64,000 nucleotides of DNA from Candidatus Daviesbacteria bacterium GW2011_GWA1_41_61 (GTDB lineage Bacteria; Patescibacteriota; Microgenomatia; Daviesbacterales; UBA10151). The DNA is taken from contig LCBT01000001.1 in NCBI GenBank assembly GCA_000997385.1, forward strand, positions 307,663 to 371,662. Direction: 5' to 3'. Positions within the stretch are counted from its first letter, which is position 1, and each line of letters opens with the position of its first letter. The notes under the pieces were generated by a model. It was not told the origin of the DNA and searched no databases. It was given only the letters and a program-made list of their open reading frames with translations. This document shows, in pieces, positions 28,369 through 38,275 of the stretch. The position numbers were made by a program, and so were the translations under genes.

Positions 28369-29193
28369 TCAGGCAGTAATCGGCCGGGCTTGCAAGATAT
28401 AAAAATTACCTTTTTCTAGAGCCCATTCAATATCTTGAGGGTAACCATAATGACTTTCAATTACTTTACCCAAATCTGCCAGCTTTTGAACCTGTTGGTA
28501 AGTCAAAGCTTGTTTACTACCATTCTCATTAGAAAGCTGAACTTCCTTATTTTCTCCATCTTTAAAAATGAGCATTCTTTCTTGGGTTTGGATATCAATA
28601 CTTTTTATCTTTAAAGTATTTTTGTCTGCTACAAAGTTATCAGGGGTAATCATCCCCTGGACTAAATACTCTCCCAAACCAAAACCTGCCTCTATCATTA
28701 TTTCACCATCATTTTTAGTAACCGGGTTTTGGGTAAACATCACCCCAGACACCTCACTTTCCACCATCTTTTGAACTACCACTGCTACTACCAGTTGATC
28801 TTCCGATAAATTTTGTCCAGCAGTATAAGATAAAACCCTTTCAGATCTGATGGAGTTCCAACACTTTCTGATATTTTCGATTAAGTCAGCCCTGGTTACA
28901 TTCAGATAACTCTCCAGCTGTCCGGCCCAAGAGGCAGTTTTAGAGTCTTCAGCAATAGCAGAGGAGCGCACAGCTACTCGCTCTGTTTCTAACCCATTAA
29001 AAGCTTGAAGGATCTCTTCTATAACATCAACAGGAAGCTCATTATTTACAAACTGCCTATAAGTTTTGGCAGTCACTACAAATCCAGGAGGTACTGGGAT
29101 GCCAGCTTGAGTCATCTCCCCCAAAGAAGCTCCTTTCCCCCCAACCTCTGCCACATCCTCCTTAGAAATCTGTTTAAAAGTTTTAATATACAT
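28369..29193 (-). CDS. Stand-alone PEP/pyruvate-binding ATP-grasp domain (PEP synthase N-terminal type)
   Basis: GGKGASLGEM, VAVRSSAIAED, SWAGQ, DIEWA, LQARPIT. Confidence 0.9.
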   Translation of the reverse strand: MYIKTFKQISKEDVAEVGGKGASLGEMTQAGIPVPPGFVVTAKTYRQFVNNELPVDVIEEILQAFNGLETERVAVRSSAIAEDSKTASWAGQLESYLNVTRADLIENIRKCWNSIRSERVLSYTAGQNLSEDQLVVAVVVQKMVESEVSGVMFTQNPVTKNDGEIMIEAGFGLGEYLVQGMITPDNFVADKNTLKIKSIDIQTQERMLIFKDGENKEVQLSNENGSKQALTYQQVQKLADLGKVIESHYGYPQDIEWALEKGNFYILQARPITA

Positions 29194-29525
29194 TAATTTA
29201 AAATTTTCACTATCCCTTCATTAGCATCAACTTCTACTAAATCTCCATCTTTTAACACTTGAGTAGCTATACCGCTGCCGACAATACAAGGAATACCCAG
29301 CTCACGCGAAACAATAGCTGCATGGCAAGTTACTCCTCCAATATCTGTGACAATCGCTGCTGCTTTTTTAATAGCTGGCATAAACTCAGGTGAGGTCATT
29401 TCTATCACCAAAATCTCCCCTTCTTCCATTGAATCTGCGTCTTGAGGAGATCTTAAAACACGCACTTTGCCTTTGACTAAACCTAATGATGCAATAATAC
29501 CTTTAAGCAAACTATCTTTTTTCAT
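29193..29525 (-). CDS. Stand-alone PEP-utilising phosphohistidine swivel domain
   Basis: GGVTCHAAIVSRELGIPC, VEVDANEG. Confidence 0.92.
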   Translation of the reverse strand: MKKDSLLKGIIASLGLVKGKVRVLRSPQDADSMEEGEILVIEMTSPEFMPAIKKAAAIVTDIGGVTCHAAIVSRELGIPCIVGSGIATQVLKDGDLVEVDANEGIVKILN

Positions 29526-29527
29526 AA

Positions 29528-30586
29528 CTAGCTTACAAAATCATTTCTGGGATCATATAATTTTTTAAAGAAACTGTCTGACAAATTTTTTTCTGAGGGA
29601 TTATTTGATTCATATTCATCCCAAAACTTGTTACCCCAACTTTTCAAACGGTTGTGGAATTCTTTTGGTGGTCTCCAATCTTGTTTGTAATAACTAAAAA
29701 AGGGATTAAACATGTAATAATAAATGTCCGCTCCTTTTTGGATAAAATCCTTAGGTTTCATTTTATTGATTATGTCTAGCTGGACTTTCCTTTGGGTACC
29801 AAAATAATCATCCAGCTTTTTGATTTCTTCTTCACTAGGTAGGAACCGGCCATCAACTTCAACTGCAATTTTCTCCAGATTATTCCAAATATCGCTTTGG
29901 TAAATTATATGGTTCATAAAATCAATCTTCGCTTCAACTTTACCCTTAAAATAATAATAAATACTGATATTTTTATAAGGAATTGCTTGTCCCCAAACAG
30001 GAGAATTTAAATCAGTAAAACTTTTGACAAGAACCGTGTCATTAGTGGAAGTCTGATAAGGACCGTGCCAATACGCGCCATAAGCGTAAATATCAAAATC
30101 AATTGACCAAACAAATGACTCCAAATCAATACTCAAAAAATTAACCACTCTTTTAAAGCTTTTATCAAGCCAGATAAGTTTTGTTATTTTCTTCTTTAAT
30201 TCTTCAGGTTTATAGATCAAGTTCTGCTCGTCTAAAGAAAAAGGGTTAGACGAAATTTGAGATGCTAAAACCTCACAAGTTGCCTCTATTAAAGAAGCCA
30301 TTTCTGATTCTGTGACTTTAAAATGATTAAATTCCCTAGCAACTTTTAACCCCAAAATTGTAAAAGGTAAGAAAAACCATCTTAGAATGTGGGAGGATAC
30401 AGTAGAAAGGCCTGCTTTAAACTGACCTGTATTTTCTTTAAACTTATCAAAAAACTCTATCGCTAAAAGATCATTAAAATAAGCGTCTACTTGACCGGGA
30501 GCTACTGGCCAATATTTTGATTCCCCGCAATTTTGCAAGGACCTAAGTACTGCTTCTAAGTAGTCTTCAACAACTTGATTGTTCAT
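29528..30586 (-). CDS. Hypothetical protein (candidate substrate-binding subunit of the split dikinase)
   Basis: 352-aa ORF tightly coupled in the operon; WHGPY motif; no family recognised. Confidence 0.75.
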   Translation of the reverse strand: MNNQVVEDYLEAVLRSLQNCGESKYWPVAPGQVDAYFNDLLAIEFFDKFKENTGQFKAGLSTVSSHILRWFFLPFTILGLKVAREFNHFKVTESEMASLIEATCEVLASQISSNPFSLDEQNLIYKPEELKKKITKLIWLDKSFKRVVNFLSIDLESFVWSIDFDIYAYGAYWHGPYQTSTNDTVLVKSFTDLNSPVWGQAIPYKNISIYYYFKGKVEAKIDFMNHIIYQSDIWNNLEKIAVEVDGRFLPSEEEIKKLDDYFGTQRKVQLDIINKMKPKDFIQKGADIYYYMFNPFFSYYKQDWRPPKEFHNRLKSWGNKFWDEYESNNPSEKNLSDSFFKKLYDPRNDFVS

Positions 30587-31272
30587 GGATTCTTTATTTC
30601 TAATCTTAATCCTTTATAAATTAAAGTTGGTTCTTGGCCAGAAACTGGCAAGCTAATCTTAAATTCTTCACAATTTACCAAAGAGCCTTCCGGCCTTTGT
30701 CCTGTTAAGCCCTGGATAAGCACTTCTGAGGGTCCAGTGTGTGTTATAACAACAATATGTACATCTGGACCTTGAGGAGATAATTTTTTAGCAAAATTAG
30801 CTAACTTTGAAAGATAAGAGTTAAAGTTCTCTCTACTTTTTTCTACAGCTTCAGTTGGATTATCTAGGAAATAATCCAAAGGGTTTTGGCCTTTAAACAA
30901 TACATTCAGCCATTCTTCTGTTGCTTTATCACTGACAGCCAGACGACTAAATGCTTTAGGTCTTTCATTATGGAGTACGATATTTTTACCTGACTTTCTA
31001 ACCAGCTCAGCAACTTCTGCCTGGATTTCTTGGGCAGTTTGTATTGTCCTTAACCGAGAACTTGAATGAAATGCGACAACTGCTCCATCTGATAAATCAT
31101 TAAACAATTTTTCTCCTGCTTGCCTGGCCTGTTGTCTTCCTTTTTCTGTGAGATTACCTTCATAGTCCTCAACTTTTTTATATTCAGCTTCTCCATGACG
31201 GATAAAATGAAGCACTGCTTTTCGGGAAGTCAGTTCTTGTTCTTTAATTTCCCTAGCATCAGAAGTCTCCAT
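30583..31272 (-). CDS. Histidine phosphatase (phosphoglycerate mutase superfamily)
   Basis: FIRHGE, LTEKGRQQA, SSRLRTIQTA, VITH. Confidence 0.88.
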   Translation of the reverse strand: METSDAREIKEQELTSRKAVLHFIRHGEAEYKKVEDYEGNLTEKGRQQARQAGEKLFNDLSDGAVVAFHSSSRLRTIQTAQEIQAEVAELVRKSGKNIVLHNERPKAFSRLAVSDKATEEWLNVLFKGQNPLDYFLDNPTEAVEKSRENFNSYLSKLANFAKKLSPQGPDVHIVVITHTGPSEVLIQGLTGQRPEGSLVNCEEFKISLPVSGQEPTLIYKGLRLEIKNP

Positions 31273-31409
31273 TTCAGCTTAATCTTAACACCTTCTTTTG
31301 AAGAATCAACCTCTTACTTATCATCCTCTAGATAACATCCTGCTTGACAGGCACGGGTATTCATGCTAGGCTCAAATGAGCTTAATAATTAGGCACAATT
31401 AATCTAGAG

Positions 31410-31697
31410 ATGTCCTACTCTCAATCTAAAAAACTGACTGATACCGAGAAAAAGCTTCAATCTTTAAGAGCTCAACTCTATGGGAAAGATAAAGATTTAA
31501 CCCCCACTTCTCCCTCTAAAACCAACAGCTTTAGCTTTAAATCTTCCCCAGAGGAAGCTGCCCCAGGCACAAAAACTACTGCTGATACTGGATATTTAAG
31601 ACATGACCTGTTAAAAATTCTGCTACTGGCTTCTTTAATGATTGGAGCCCAAGTAGCTTTATACTTTAGTTTAAAAAGTAACTTTATCAAATTTTAA
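31410..31697 (+). CDS. Small protein with a C-terminal TM segment
   Basis: 95 aa; promoter TTGACA-17 bp-TAGGCT upstream. Confidence 0.7.
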   Translation: MSYSQSKKLTDTEKKLQSLRAQLYGKDKDLTPTSPSKTNSFSFKSSPEEAAPGTKTTADTGYLRHDLLKILLLASLMIGAQVALYFSLKSNFIKF

Positions 31698-31735
31698 CTA
31701 GACTTGTTAATACCTTATGAAGGGAGGTGATATAA

Positions 31736-31873
31736 ATGGAAATGTACTGTGTCAAATGCCGCACTAAAAGGCAAGCTAACAATCCTCAAAAAATAACTAT
31801 GAAGAATGGCAAACCAGCCACTCAAGGAGAATGTTCAGTTTGTGGCACTAAGATGTTTAGAATTGGTGGTTAA
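31736..31873 (+). CDS. DUF5679-like small zinc-ribbon protein (45 aa); absent from the ORF track
   Basis: MEMYCVKCRTKR...MKNGKPATQGECSVCGTKMFRIGG; GGAGGTG SD. Confidence 0.85.
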   Translation: MEMYCVKCRTKRQANNPQKITMKNGKPATQGECSVCGTKMFRIGG

Positions 31874-31922
31874 CTTCGTAGCGTCGAAGGTGGTCCGATT
31901 TAATCGGGATTTCACCATTTGC

Positions 31923-31953
31923 AAAAACCCTGTACTAAAAGTACAGGGTTTTT
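31923..31953. terminator. Bidirectional intrinsic terminator
   Basis: aaaaaccctgtact-aaa-agtacagggttttt perfect stem between convergent genes. Confidence 0.85.
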
Positions 31954-31975
31954 GTGGGAAATTTTAAAAGATAAA

Positions 31976-33496
31976 TTAACTCTCTTCTTTAGAGCGGTAG
32001 GTTAAAGCCTCTGCCACATATTCTACTGAAATACTTTCTGATGAAGCTAAATCAGCAATAGTTCTAGAAAGCTTTAAAACCCGGTGATAACCCCTGGCTG
32101 ATAAGTTCATCTGGGAGATGGCTAACTTTAAAAGCTCCAAACCTTCTGGGGTAATCTGGCAAAACTGTTTTATATGCGGATTGCCCATCTCGGAGTTGGT
32201 TAAAATGCCCAGTCCTTGAAATCTTTTTAGCTGAATCTGCCTGGCTGCTTCTATCCTGGCTCTAATGGCTGCAGAATCCTCTGCCTCCTCTTGACCCGTC
32301 AGTTTATCCACATCGACTGCCGGCACATCTAAATGAATATCAATCCTATCCAAGAGTGGTCCGGAGATCCTTTTTTTATACCTGGCTATTTGCCCGGGCA
32401 TACAACAACAGTTTCTGTTGGGACTGCCTAAGCTGCCACAGGGACAGGGATTGTGAGCCGCCAGGAGGATAAATTGAGAGGGGAAGGTTAAAGTGCCCGA
32501 GCTTCGAGAGATGGTTACTTTCCGATCTTCCACCGGTTGTCTTAAGGCTTCTAAAACTTGCCGGGGGAATTCCGGCAGTTCGTCCAAAAACAACACCCCC
32601 CGATGAGCCAAAGAGACCTCTCCCGGTTTGATATTATTTCCCCCGCCGATAATTCCCACATAAGAGGCAGTATGATGAGGAGATCTAAAGGGCCTTTTAG
32701 TAATCAATGGTTGGGAAGATGTTAAGTTCCCCGAGACAGAGTAGATCTTGGTGACCTCTAAAGCTTCCTCTTTACTCATAACAGGCAAGATAGAAGCAAA
32801 AGCCCTGGCCAAAAGCGTTTTTCCAGCTCCGGGAGGACCTTTTAAAATGATGTTGTGCGCCCCGGCAGCAGCTATCTCCATTGCCCTTCTAGCTTGATGT
32901 TGGCCTTTAATATCCTTAAAGTCATACTCAAAGGTAGCTCCATCAGTTAAATTTAAATCTGTTAAAGGCTGAGGGGAGATGGCTAAAGTTTTATTTAAAA
33001 ATTTAAAAACCTCTAGCAAATTTTTAAAGGGGTAAACTTCGATCCCTTCCACTACCGCTGCCTCTAAGGCATTATCACAAGACACAAAGATCCTTTTTAA
33101 ACCTACAGATTTAGCCAAAATAGTATAGGATAACACTCCATGAGTTGCCCTTAAGCTGCCATCCAAAGACAGCTCTCCTATAACTAAAGTATCAGATAAA
33201 TCCACTTCCAGCTGCTGGGAGGCTAAAAGCAACCCCAAGGCAATAGGTAAATCAAAAGCCGGCCCTTCTTTAGGCAAATCAGCCGGGGCTAAATTGACGG
33301 TAATCCTTTTAGCTGGAAAGTCTGCCCCGCAGTTTCGAAGAGCAGACCTGACCCTTTCCCTGGACTCCTCGACAGCTCGATCTGCCAAACCCACTAAGGT
33401 AAAAGAAGGCAGTCCTTGAGCAGCAATATCCACCTCTACTTCTACAGGCACAGATTCCAGCCCTACATTAGCCCCAGAGATCACCTTAGCCAGCAT
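31976..33496 (-). CDS. comM: YifB/ComM Mg-chelatase-like AAA+ ATPase
   Basis: VNLAPADLPKEG, GPPGAGKT, PFRSPHH, GVLFLDE, SGPLLDRID, SARGYHR. Confidence 0.94.
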   Translation of the reverse strand: MLAKVISGANVGLESVPVEVEVDIAAQGLPSFTLVGLADRAVEESRERVRSALRNCGADFPAKRITVNLAPADLPKEGPAFDLPIALGLLLASQQLEVDLSDTLVIGELSLDGSLRATHGVLSYTILAKSVGLKRIFVSCDNALEAAVVEGIEVYPFKNLLEVFKFLNKTLAISPQPLTDLNLTDGATFEYDFKDIKGQHQARRAMEIAAAGAHNIILKGPPGAGKTLLARAFASILPVMSKEEALEVTKIYSVSGNLTSSQPLITKRPFRSPHHTASYVGIIGGGNNIKPGEVSLAHRGVLFLDELPEFPRQVLEALRQPVEDRKVTISRSSGTLTFPSQFILLAAHNPCPCGSLGSPNRNCCCMPGQIARYKKRISGPLLDRIDIHLDVPAVDVDKLTGQEEAEDSAAIRARIEAARQIQLKRFQGLGILTNSEMGNPHIKQFCQITPEGLELLKLAISQMNLSARGYHRVLKLSRTIADLASSESISVEYVAEALTYRSKEES

Positions 33497-33604
33497 ACCT
33501 TGAGTTTACCAAAAAATATAGGATAGTAATATAGGAAATTAACACCACCTCTAGAACATCTTTTTAGGATTGATTTAAAACCCTAAATTATCTAGACTAA
33601 TGAT

Positions 33605-36451
33605 GTGCCCAAAGATTTAACTGCTCTTTTTTATCCCCAATCCATCGCTGTTTTAGGAGCATCACGTTCTCCTCAAAAAATAGGGGCGGTTGTTTTAAAA
33701 AATATCATTGACTCCCACTTTAACGGTTCAATTTACCCCATCAACCCTCAAGCACAGTCCCTTAACGGCTTAAAGTGTTACCCTGATTTAAGCTTCCTCC
33801 CCCACACCCCCGATCTGGCTATTATCTGTCTTCCTGCCTCATCAATAGTGGAGATACTCAACCAGATAGGAAGAAAGGGGGTTAAAAATGTGGTGGTGTT
33901 CTCAGCCGGTTTTAAAGAGAGCGGAGAGGAAGGAGAGGCTTTAGAAAATCAGTTAGTAGAGATAGCCCAAAAATATCAATTGAATATTTTAGGACCTAAT
34001 TGTTTAGGTTTTGCCAACAATCTCTGCCCCATAAATGCCACCTTTGGAGAGATTGTCAGTCAAATAGGGAACCTGCGTTTTATCTCCCAATCCGGAGCGA
34101 TCGCTGCCGGTCTTTTTGACTGGTTTAAAGTTAGCGGCATAGGGTTTTCTCAATTTGTAACCTTAGGGAATAAGGCAATTTTAAACGAAAATGATCTCTT
34201 AGAGTATTTTGCCGATCACCCGATTTCCATCTCTCAAGAAGGCCTATCTGAGGTGAGTCCCATTGGGATGTATCTGGAATCAATTTCTGACGGGCCAAAT
34301 TTTCTACGTTTAACTGGCCAAATGTCTAAAAAAGATCCCATTTTTATTATTAAACCTGGAAAAACTAAAGAGGCTGCCAAAGCGATGCAATCTCATACCG
34401 GAGCTATTGCCGGGCAAGATGAGGTCTTGGAGGCAGTTTTAAATCAGGCTGGGGTGATCCGTTGCCAAACCCTGGAAGATTTCTTTGATCTATCCCGGGC
34501 CTTTGCCTGGGAAAACGCTCCGCAGGGACCTCAAGTAGCTATTATCTCCAATGCCGGAGGTCCGGCAGTCATCTCAGCTGATGCCGTGATAGAGGAAGGA
34601 TTAGAGTTAGTCCAGTTTGACAGCCCAACTAAAGAACATCTGGCTCAAATTTTACCCCGGGCCTCAACCATCTTAAACCCGGTGGATGTGTTAGGAGATG
34701 CTTTAGCACAGCGTTTTGCTCAAGCTGCCGAGATTATCCTTCAAGGGAATCAATCTCAGGCGTTGGTGGTTATCTTAACGCCTCAGTTGATGACTCAAAT
34801 TGGCCAAACTGCCCAAAATTTAGGAACCCTTTCCCAAAAATACCACAAACCAATCTTTTGTTCCTTTATTGGGGGAAGCCGGATTGCCGAAGGGGAACAA
34901 AAATTGAACGAGTACAAAATTCCTTCTTTTCGTTTTCCAGAACGGGCGATTGCTGCCGTTGGAGCCATGTGGCGCTGGAAAAAACAACAAACTGAACAAA
35001 AAGAGGGTTCATTAACTACTACAGAAGTTCCCTCTAAGATAAGTGCTATAGAAAAAATTATTCAAAACGCCCTGGAAAATAACCAAAAAACCTTGGATAA
35101 TCTTCAATCTAACGACCTGATATCCAAACTGGGTATTCCTACCCCCCCTACCTTGGAAGCGGCAGATCTAAACCAGGCCAAGGATTTTGCTCAAAGCAGC
35201 GGCTGGCCGGTTGTTTTAAAACTTTCCTCACCCGGGCTATTACATAAAAAAGAAATAGGAGGGATTATAACCAATGTTTATAACTGTCACCAACTGGAGA
35301 CAGGCTGGGAAGCGCTGCAAAGAAAGATTACCCAGCTTGATAGTGCCATCCAAGATCATATCAAAATCCAGATTCAAAAAGAGATTGCCCAAGGAATAGA
35401 AACAATCGTCGGGATAAAACATGACCCTACTTTTGGGCCAGTACTGCTCTTTGGCGCAGGAGGCTCTTTGGCCGAACTGATTGCCGACAAAAACATGCAT
35501 CTTTTACCCATAGATCTGACTCAAGCTCAAATATTAGTAAAACAATCCAAAATTTATCCCCTTCTCCAGGGCAAACAAGGGGAACCTCCTTACTTATTAG
35601 ATAAACTCTATCAAACCATCGTCCAGATGGCTAAATTGTCAGAGGTGACTACCGAAATTTCAGAGATGGAAATCAATCCTTTGATTATCACTTTAAATAA
35701 TGTCTGGGCAGTAGATAATAAAGTCATCCTTAAAAAGGGAGAAGAAAAAACTGTACCTAAACCTCAGTTTCGATTGGCCACAACTTTGGAACACACCCAC
35801 CTGGTCAGCAACTTCCACTACTTTACTTTCACTACAAACCAACCCCTCATTTTCCGGCCAGGACAATATATCAGCGTCAAAGTAGCCGGTGACAGAATCA
35901 ACTGTTATTCTATTGCCGGGCAAGATAAACCTAGTGAATTTAATTTACTGGTCAATGTGACACCTGCCGGGCCGGGATCCAAATTTTTTGAAAACTTAAA
36001 AGTGGGAGAAAAAATTACTTTTCTTGGTCCGTTTGGAACTTTTGCCTTCAGTCCCGATGATGGTTCCAGTCATCTGTTATTTTTGGCCACCGGCAGCGGG
36101 TTGGCCCCCTTGATCTATATGATAAATAAAATTCTCCATGAAGATGGTGAACAAAAACAAATCACCTTATATCTGGGATTTAATACCCATCAAGATATCT
36201 TCTGGTTAGACAAGTTCCAAAAATTACAGGCCCAACATCCTAACTTCAATTACCATATTATAGTTTGGAAACCAGATACCAACTGGCAGGGAGAAACAGG
36301 TTTTATCACCCAAGCCATCGAGAAAAATCTTCCCGATACTACTAACTGTTCAGCTTACCTTTGCGGAAATAAGGGGATGATTGTTGACGCCATAAAAGTT
36401 ATAATAGAACGCGGTTGTCCCAAAGATCGGATTTACACCGAAAAATTTTAG
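33605..36451 (+). CDS. ADP-forming acetate/acyl-CoA ligase (alpha+beta) fused to a C-terminal FNR-like FAD/NAD(P)-binding domain
   Basis: GPNCLG, SQSGA, SHTGAIAG, NAGG, NPVDVLGDA, HKKEIGG, DPTFGP, EINPL; then PGQYI, YSIAG, GPFG, ATGSGLAP, YLCG and C-terminal EKF. Confidence 0.9.
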   Translation: MPKDLTALFYPQSIAVLGASRSPQKIGAVVLKNIIDSHFNGSIYPINPQAQSLNGLKCYPDLSFLPHTPDLAIICLPASSIVEILNQIGRKGVKNVVVFSAGFKESGEEGEALENQLVEIAQKYQLNILGPNCLGFANNLCPINATFGEIVSQIGNLRFISQSGAIAAGLFDWFKVSGIGFSQFVTLGNKAILNENDLLEYFADHPISISQEGLSEVSPIGMYLESISDGPNFLRLTGQMSKKDPIFIIKPGKTKEAAKAMQSHTGAIAGQDEVLEAVLNQAGVIRCQTLEDFFDLSRAFAWENAPQGPQVAIISNAGGPAVISADAVIEEGLELVQFDSPTKEHLAQILPRASTILNPVDVLGDALAQRFAQAAEIILQGNQSQALVVILTPQLMTQIGQTAQNLGTLSQKYHKPIFCSFIGGSRIAEGEQKLNEYKIPSFRFPERAIAAVGAMWRWKKQQTEQKEGSLTTTEVPSKISAIEKIIQNALENNQKTLDNLQSNDLISKLGIPTPPTLEAADLNQAKDFAQSSGWPVVLKLSSPGLLHKKEIGGIITNVYNCHQLETGWEALQRKITQLDSAIQDHIKIQIQKEIAQGIETIVGIKHDPTFGPVLLFGAGGSLAELIADKNMHLLPIDLTQAQILVKQSKIYPLLQGKQGEPPYLLDKLYQTIVQMAKLSEVTTEISEMEINPLIITLNNVWAVDNKVILKKGEEKTVPKPQFRLATTLEHTHLVSNFHYFTFTTNQPLIFRPGQYISVKVAGDRINCYSIAGQDKPSEFNLLVNVTPAGPGSKFFENLKVGEKITFLGPFGTFAFSPDDGSSHLLFLATGSGLAPLIYMINKILHEDGEQKQITLYLGFNTHQDIFWLDKFQKLQAQHPNFNYHIIVWKPDTNWQGETGFITQAIEKNLPDTTNCSAYLCGNKGMIVDAIKVIIERGCPKDRIYTEKF

Positions 36452-36454
36452 CTT

Positions 36455-38257
36455 ATGTCAAACAAAGAAGTTTTTTCTGTGAAGATTGGCGGGCAGGCTG
36501 GACAAGGAGTCAAATCAGCGGGACTCATGTTGGCTAAAGTTGCCAACCGCTCGGGATACCATATCTTCACTTACACCGAATACCCTTCTTTAATCCGGGG
36601 CGGACACAATGTTATGCAGATTAATATCTCTCCCCGTCCGGTTTTAGCCCCTTTTAAAACAACCGATCTTTTAGTAGCTTTAAATAAAGAAACTGTTGAC
36701 CTCCATCTAGAAGAACTCCAAGACGGCGGGGGTATTATTTTTGAAGGTGGAGATAATTCCAGCCTTCCTCAAGCTTCTAAAAACCTAAATCTTTACCCTA
36801 TCCCTCTATCTAAATTAGCTACAGACACTGGGGAAAAAGAGCTTTTAATAAACAGTGTGGCTTTAGGAGCCATCCTGGCTATCCTGGGAGGACAATTATC
36901 CACGCTTCAGCAACTTATTGGGGAAGAGTTTGCCAGTAAAGGCAACCCGATAACTTTAGCCAACAACCAAGCAGCCCAAGCAGGATATGACTATGCAGTC
37001 AAAAACTTTGCCCAAAAGAGGGAAAATATATTAAAGCCACTTGAGGAAAGCGGACCTGCCTCCCTGAGTCGAAGCGGGCAAAAGATGATCGTCAACGGCA
37101 ACGAGGCAATATCTTTAGGAGCTATTGCCGGGGGTCTCCAGTTTGCCTCTATTTACCCCATGACTCCCATCACTAACATTTTACATTTTTTGGCTTTGCA
37201 CCAAGATAAATACGGTTATATTTATAAACAACCGGAGGATGAAATTGCGGCTATCAACATGGCCATCGGAGCCTCCTTTGCCGGAGCCAGAGCCATGACA
37301 GCTACCTCCGGGGGTGGTTTTTGTTTGATGAGTGAAGGTTATGGCTTGGCCGCCATCACGGAAACACCTCTAGTTATTATCGAAGGAATGCGTGGAGGGC
37401 CAGCCACCGGCCTACCCACCTGGAGTGGACAAGGGGATCTGCAGTTTGTGCTTCATGCCCACCAAGGGGATTTCCCCCGTCTGGTTTTAGCCCCCGGTGA
37501 TGCCCAAGAAGCTTTCATCTTAACCAGACAAGCTTTTAATTTAGCTGACAAATACCAAACCCCAGTGGTTATCTTAGTCGACAAAAATATCTGTGAAAGT
37601 GACCAAAGCTTCCCCGTCTTTGATACCGCCTTTGAAGTTAACCGCGGGAAGATGACCCGAGAAACTATCCCCGGCTATCAACGGTTTGCTGATAATGGCG
37701 ATGGGGTATCGCTGCGCGCCACTCCTGGGAGTGGTAATTTCTTTATTGCTAACTCTTACGAGCATGACTCTTTAGGACTGACTACTGAAAGAATAAATGA
37801 CCGTCAAACCCAAATGGCCAAAAGGATGACTAAGCTTGAGAGTTGCCAAAGAGAAGACCTTCCCTCTCCCCAGCTTTTTGGGCCGGAGGAAGCTGATATT
37901 ACCATTGTCTCCTGGGGAAGTAATAAAGGGGTCATTTTAGAAGCCGTCAAGCACTTTGATAAAGTTAATTTCTTACATCTGACTTGGCTTAGCCCTTTCC
38001 TTACACCAGAGATTAGAAAGAGGCTAGAGCAAGCCCGTTATTTAATTGATATAGAATGTAACTACTCCGGGCAGTTGGCCAACTTGATCAAAGAAAAAAC
38101 CGGGGTAGATATTTTAGATAGAATGTTAAAAGTTGACGGACGGCCCTTTTTTGTCGAAGAAATCGTGGAGAAAATTACCAGTGTTTTGGAAGTAACCGCT
38201 AACAAGGCAAGTCAGTCCCACCTGCCCAATGGTCAGGTGGAGAACATAATAAATTAA
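36455..38257 (+). CDS. 2-oxoacid:ferredoxin oxidoreductase alpha (gamma-alpha fused) subunit
   Basis: GGQAGQG, IRGGHN, GNEA, YPMTP, EDEIAA, TSGGG, RGGPATGLPT. Confidence 0.95.
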   Translation: MSNKEVFSVKIGGQAGQGVKSAGLMLAKVANRSGYHIFTYTEYPSLIRGGHNVMQINISPRPVLAPFKTTDLLVALNKETVDLHLEELQDGGGIIFEGGDNSSLPQASKNLNLYPIPLSKLATDTGEKELLINSVALGAILAILGGQLSTLQQLIGEEFASKGNPITLANNQAAQAGYDYAVKNFAQKRENILKPLEESGPASLSRSGQKMIVNGNEAISLGAIAGGLQFASIYPMTPITNILHFLALHQDKYGYIYKQPEDEIAAINMAIGASFAGARAMTATSGGGFCLMSEGYGLAAITETPLVIIEGMRGGPATGLPTWSGQGDLQFVLHAHQGDFPRLVLAPGDAQEAFILTRQAFNLADKYQTPVVILVDKNICESDQSFPVFDTAFEVNRGKMTRETIPGYQRFADNGDGVSLRATPGSGNFFIANSYEHDSLGLTTERINDRQTQMAKRMTKLESCQREDLPSPQLFGPEEADITIVSWGSNKGVILEAVKHFDKVNFLHLTWLSPFLTPEIRKRLEQARYLIDIECNYSGQLANLIKEKTGVDILDRMLKVDGRPFFVEEIVEKITSVLEVTANKASQSHLPNGQVENIIN

Positions 38258-38275
38258 CCTGTTACTTATCTACAT

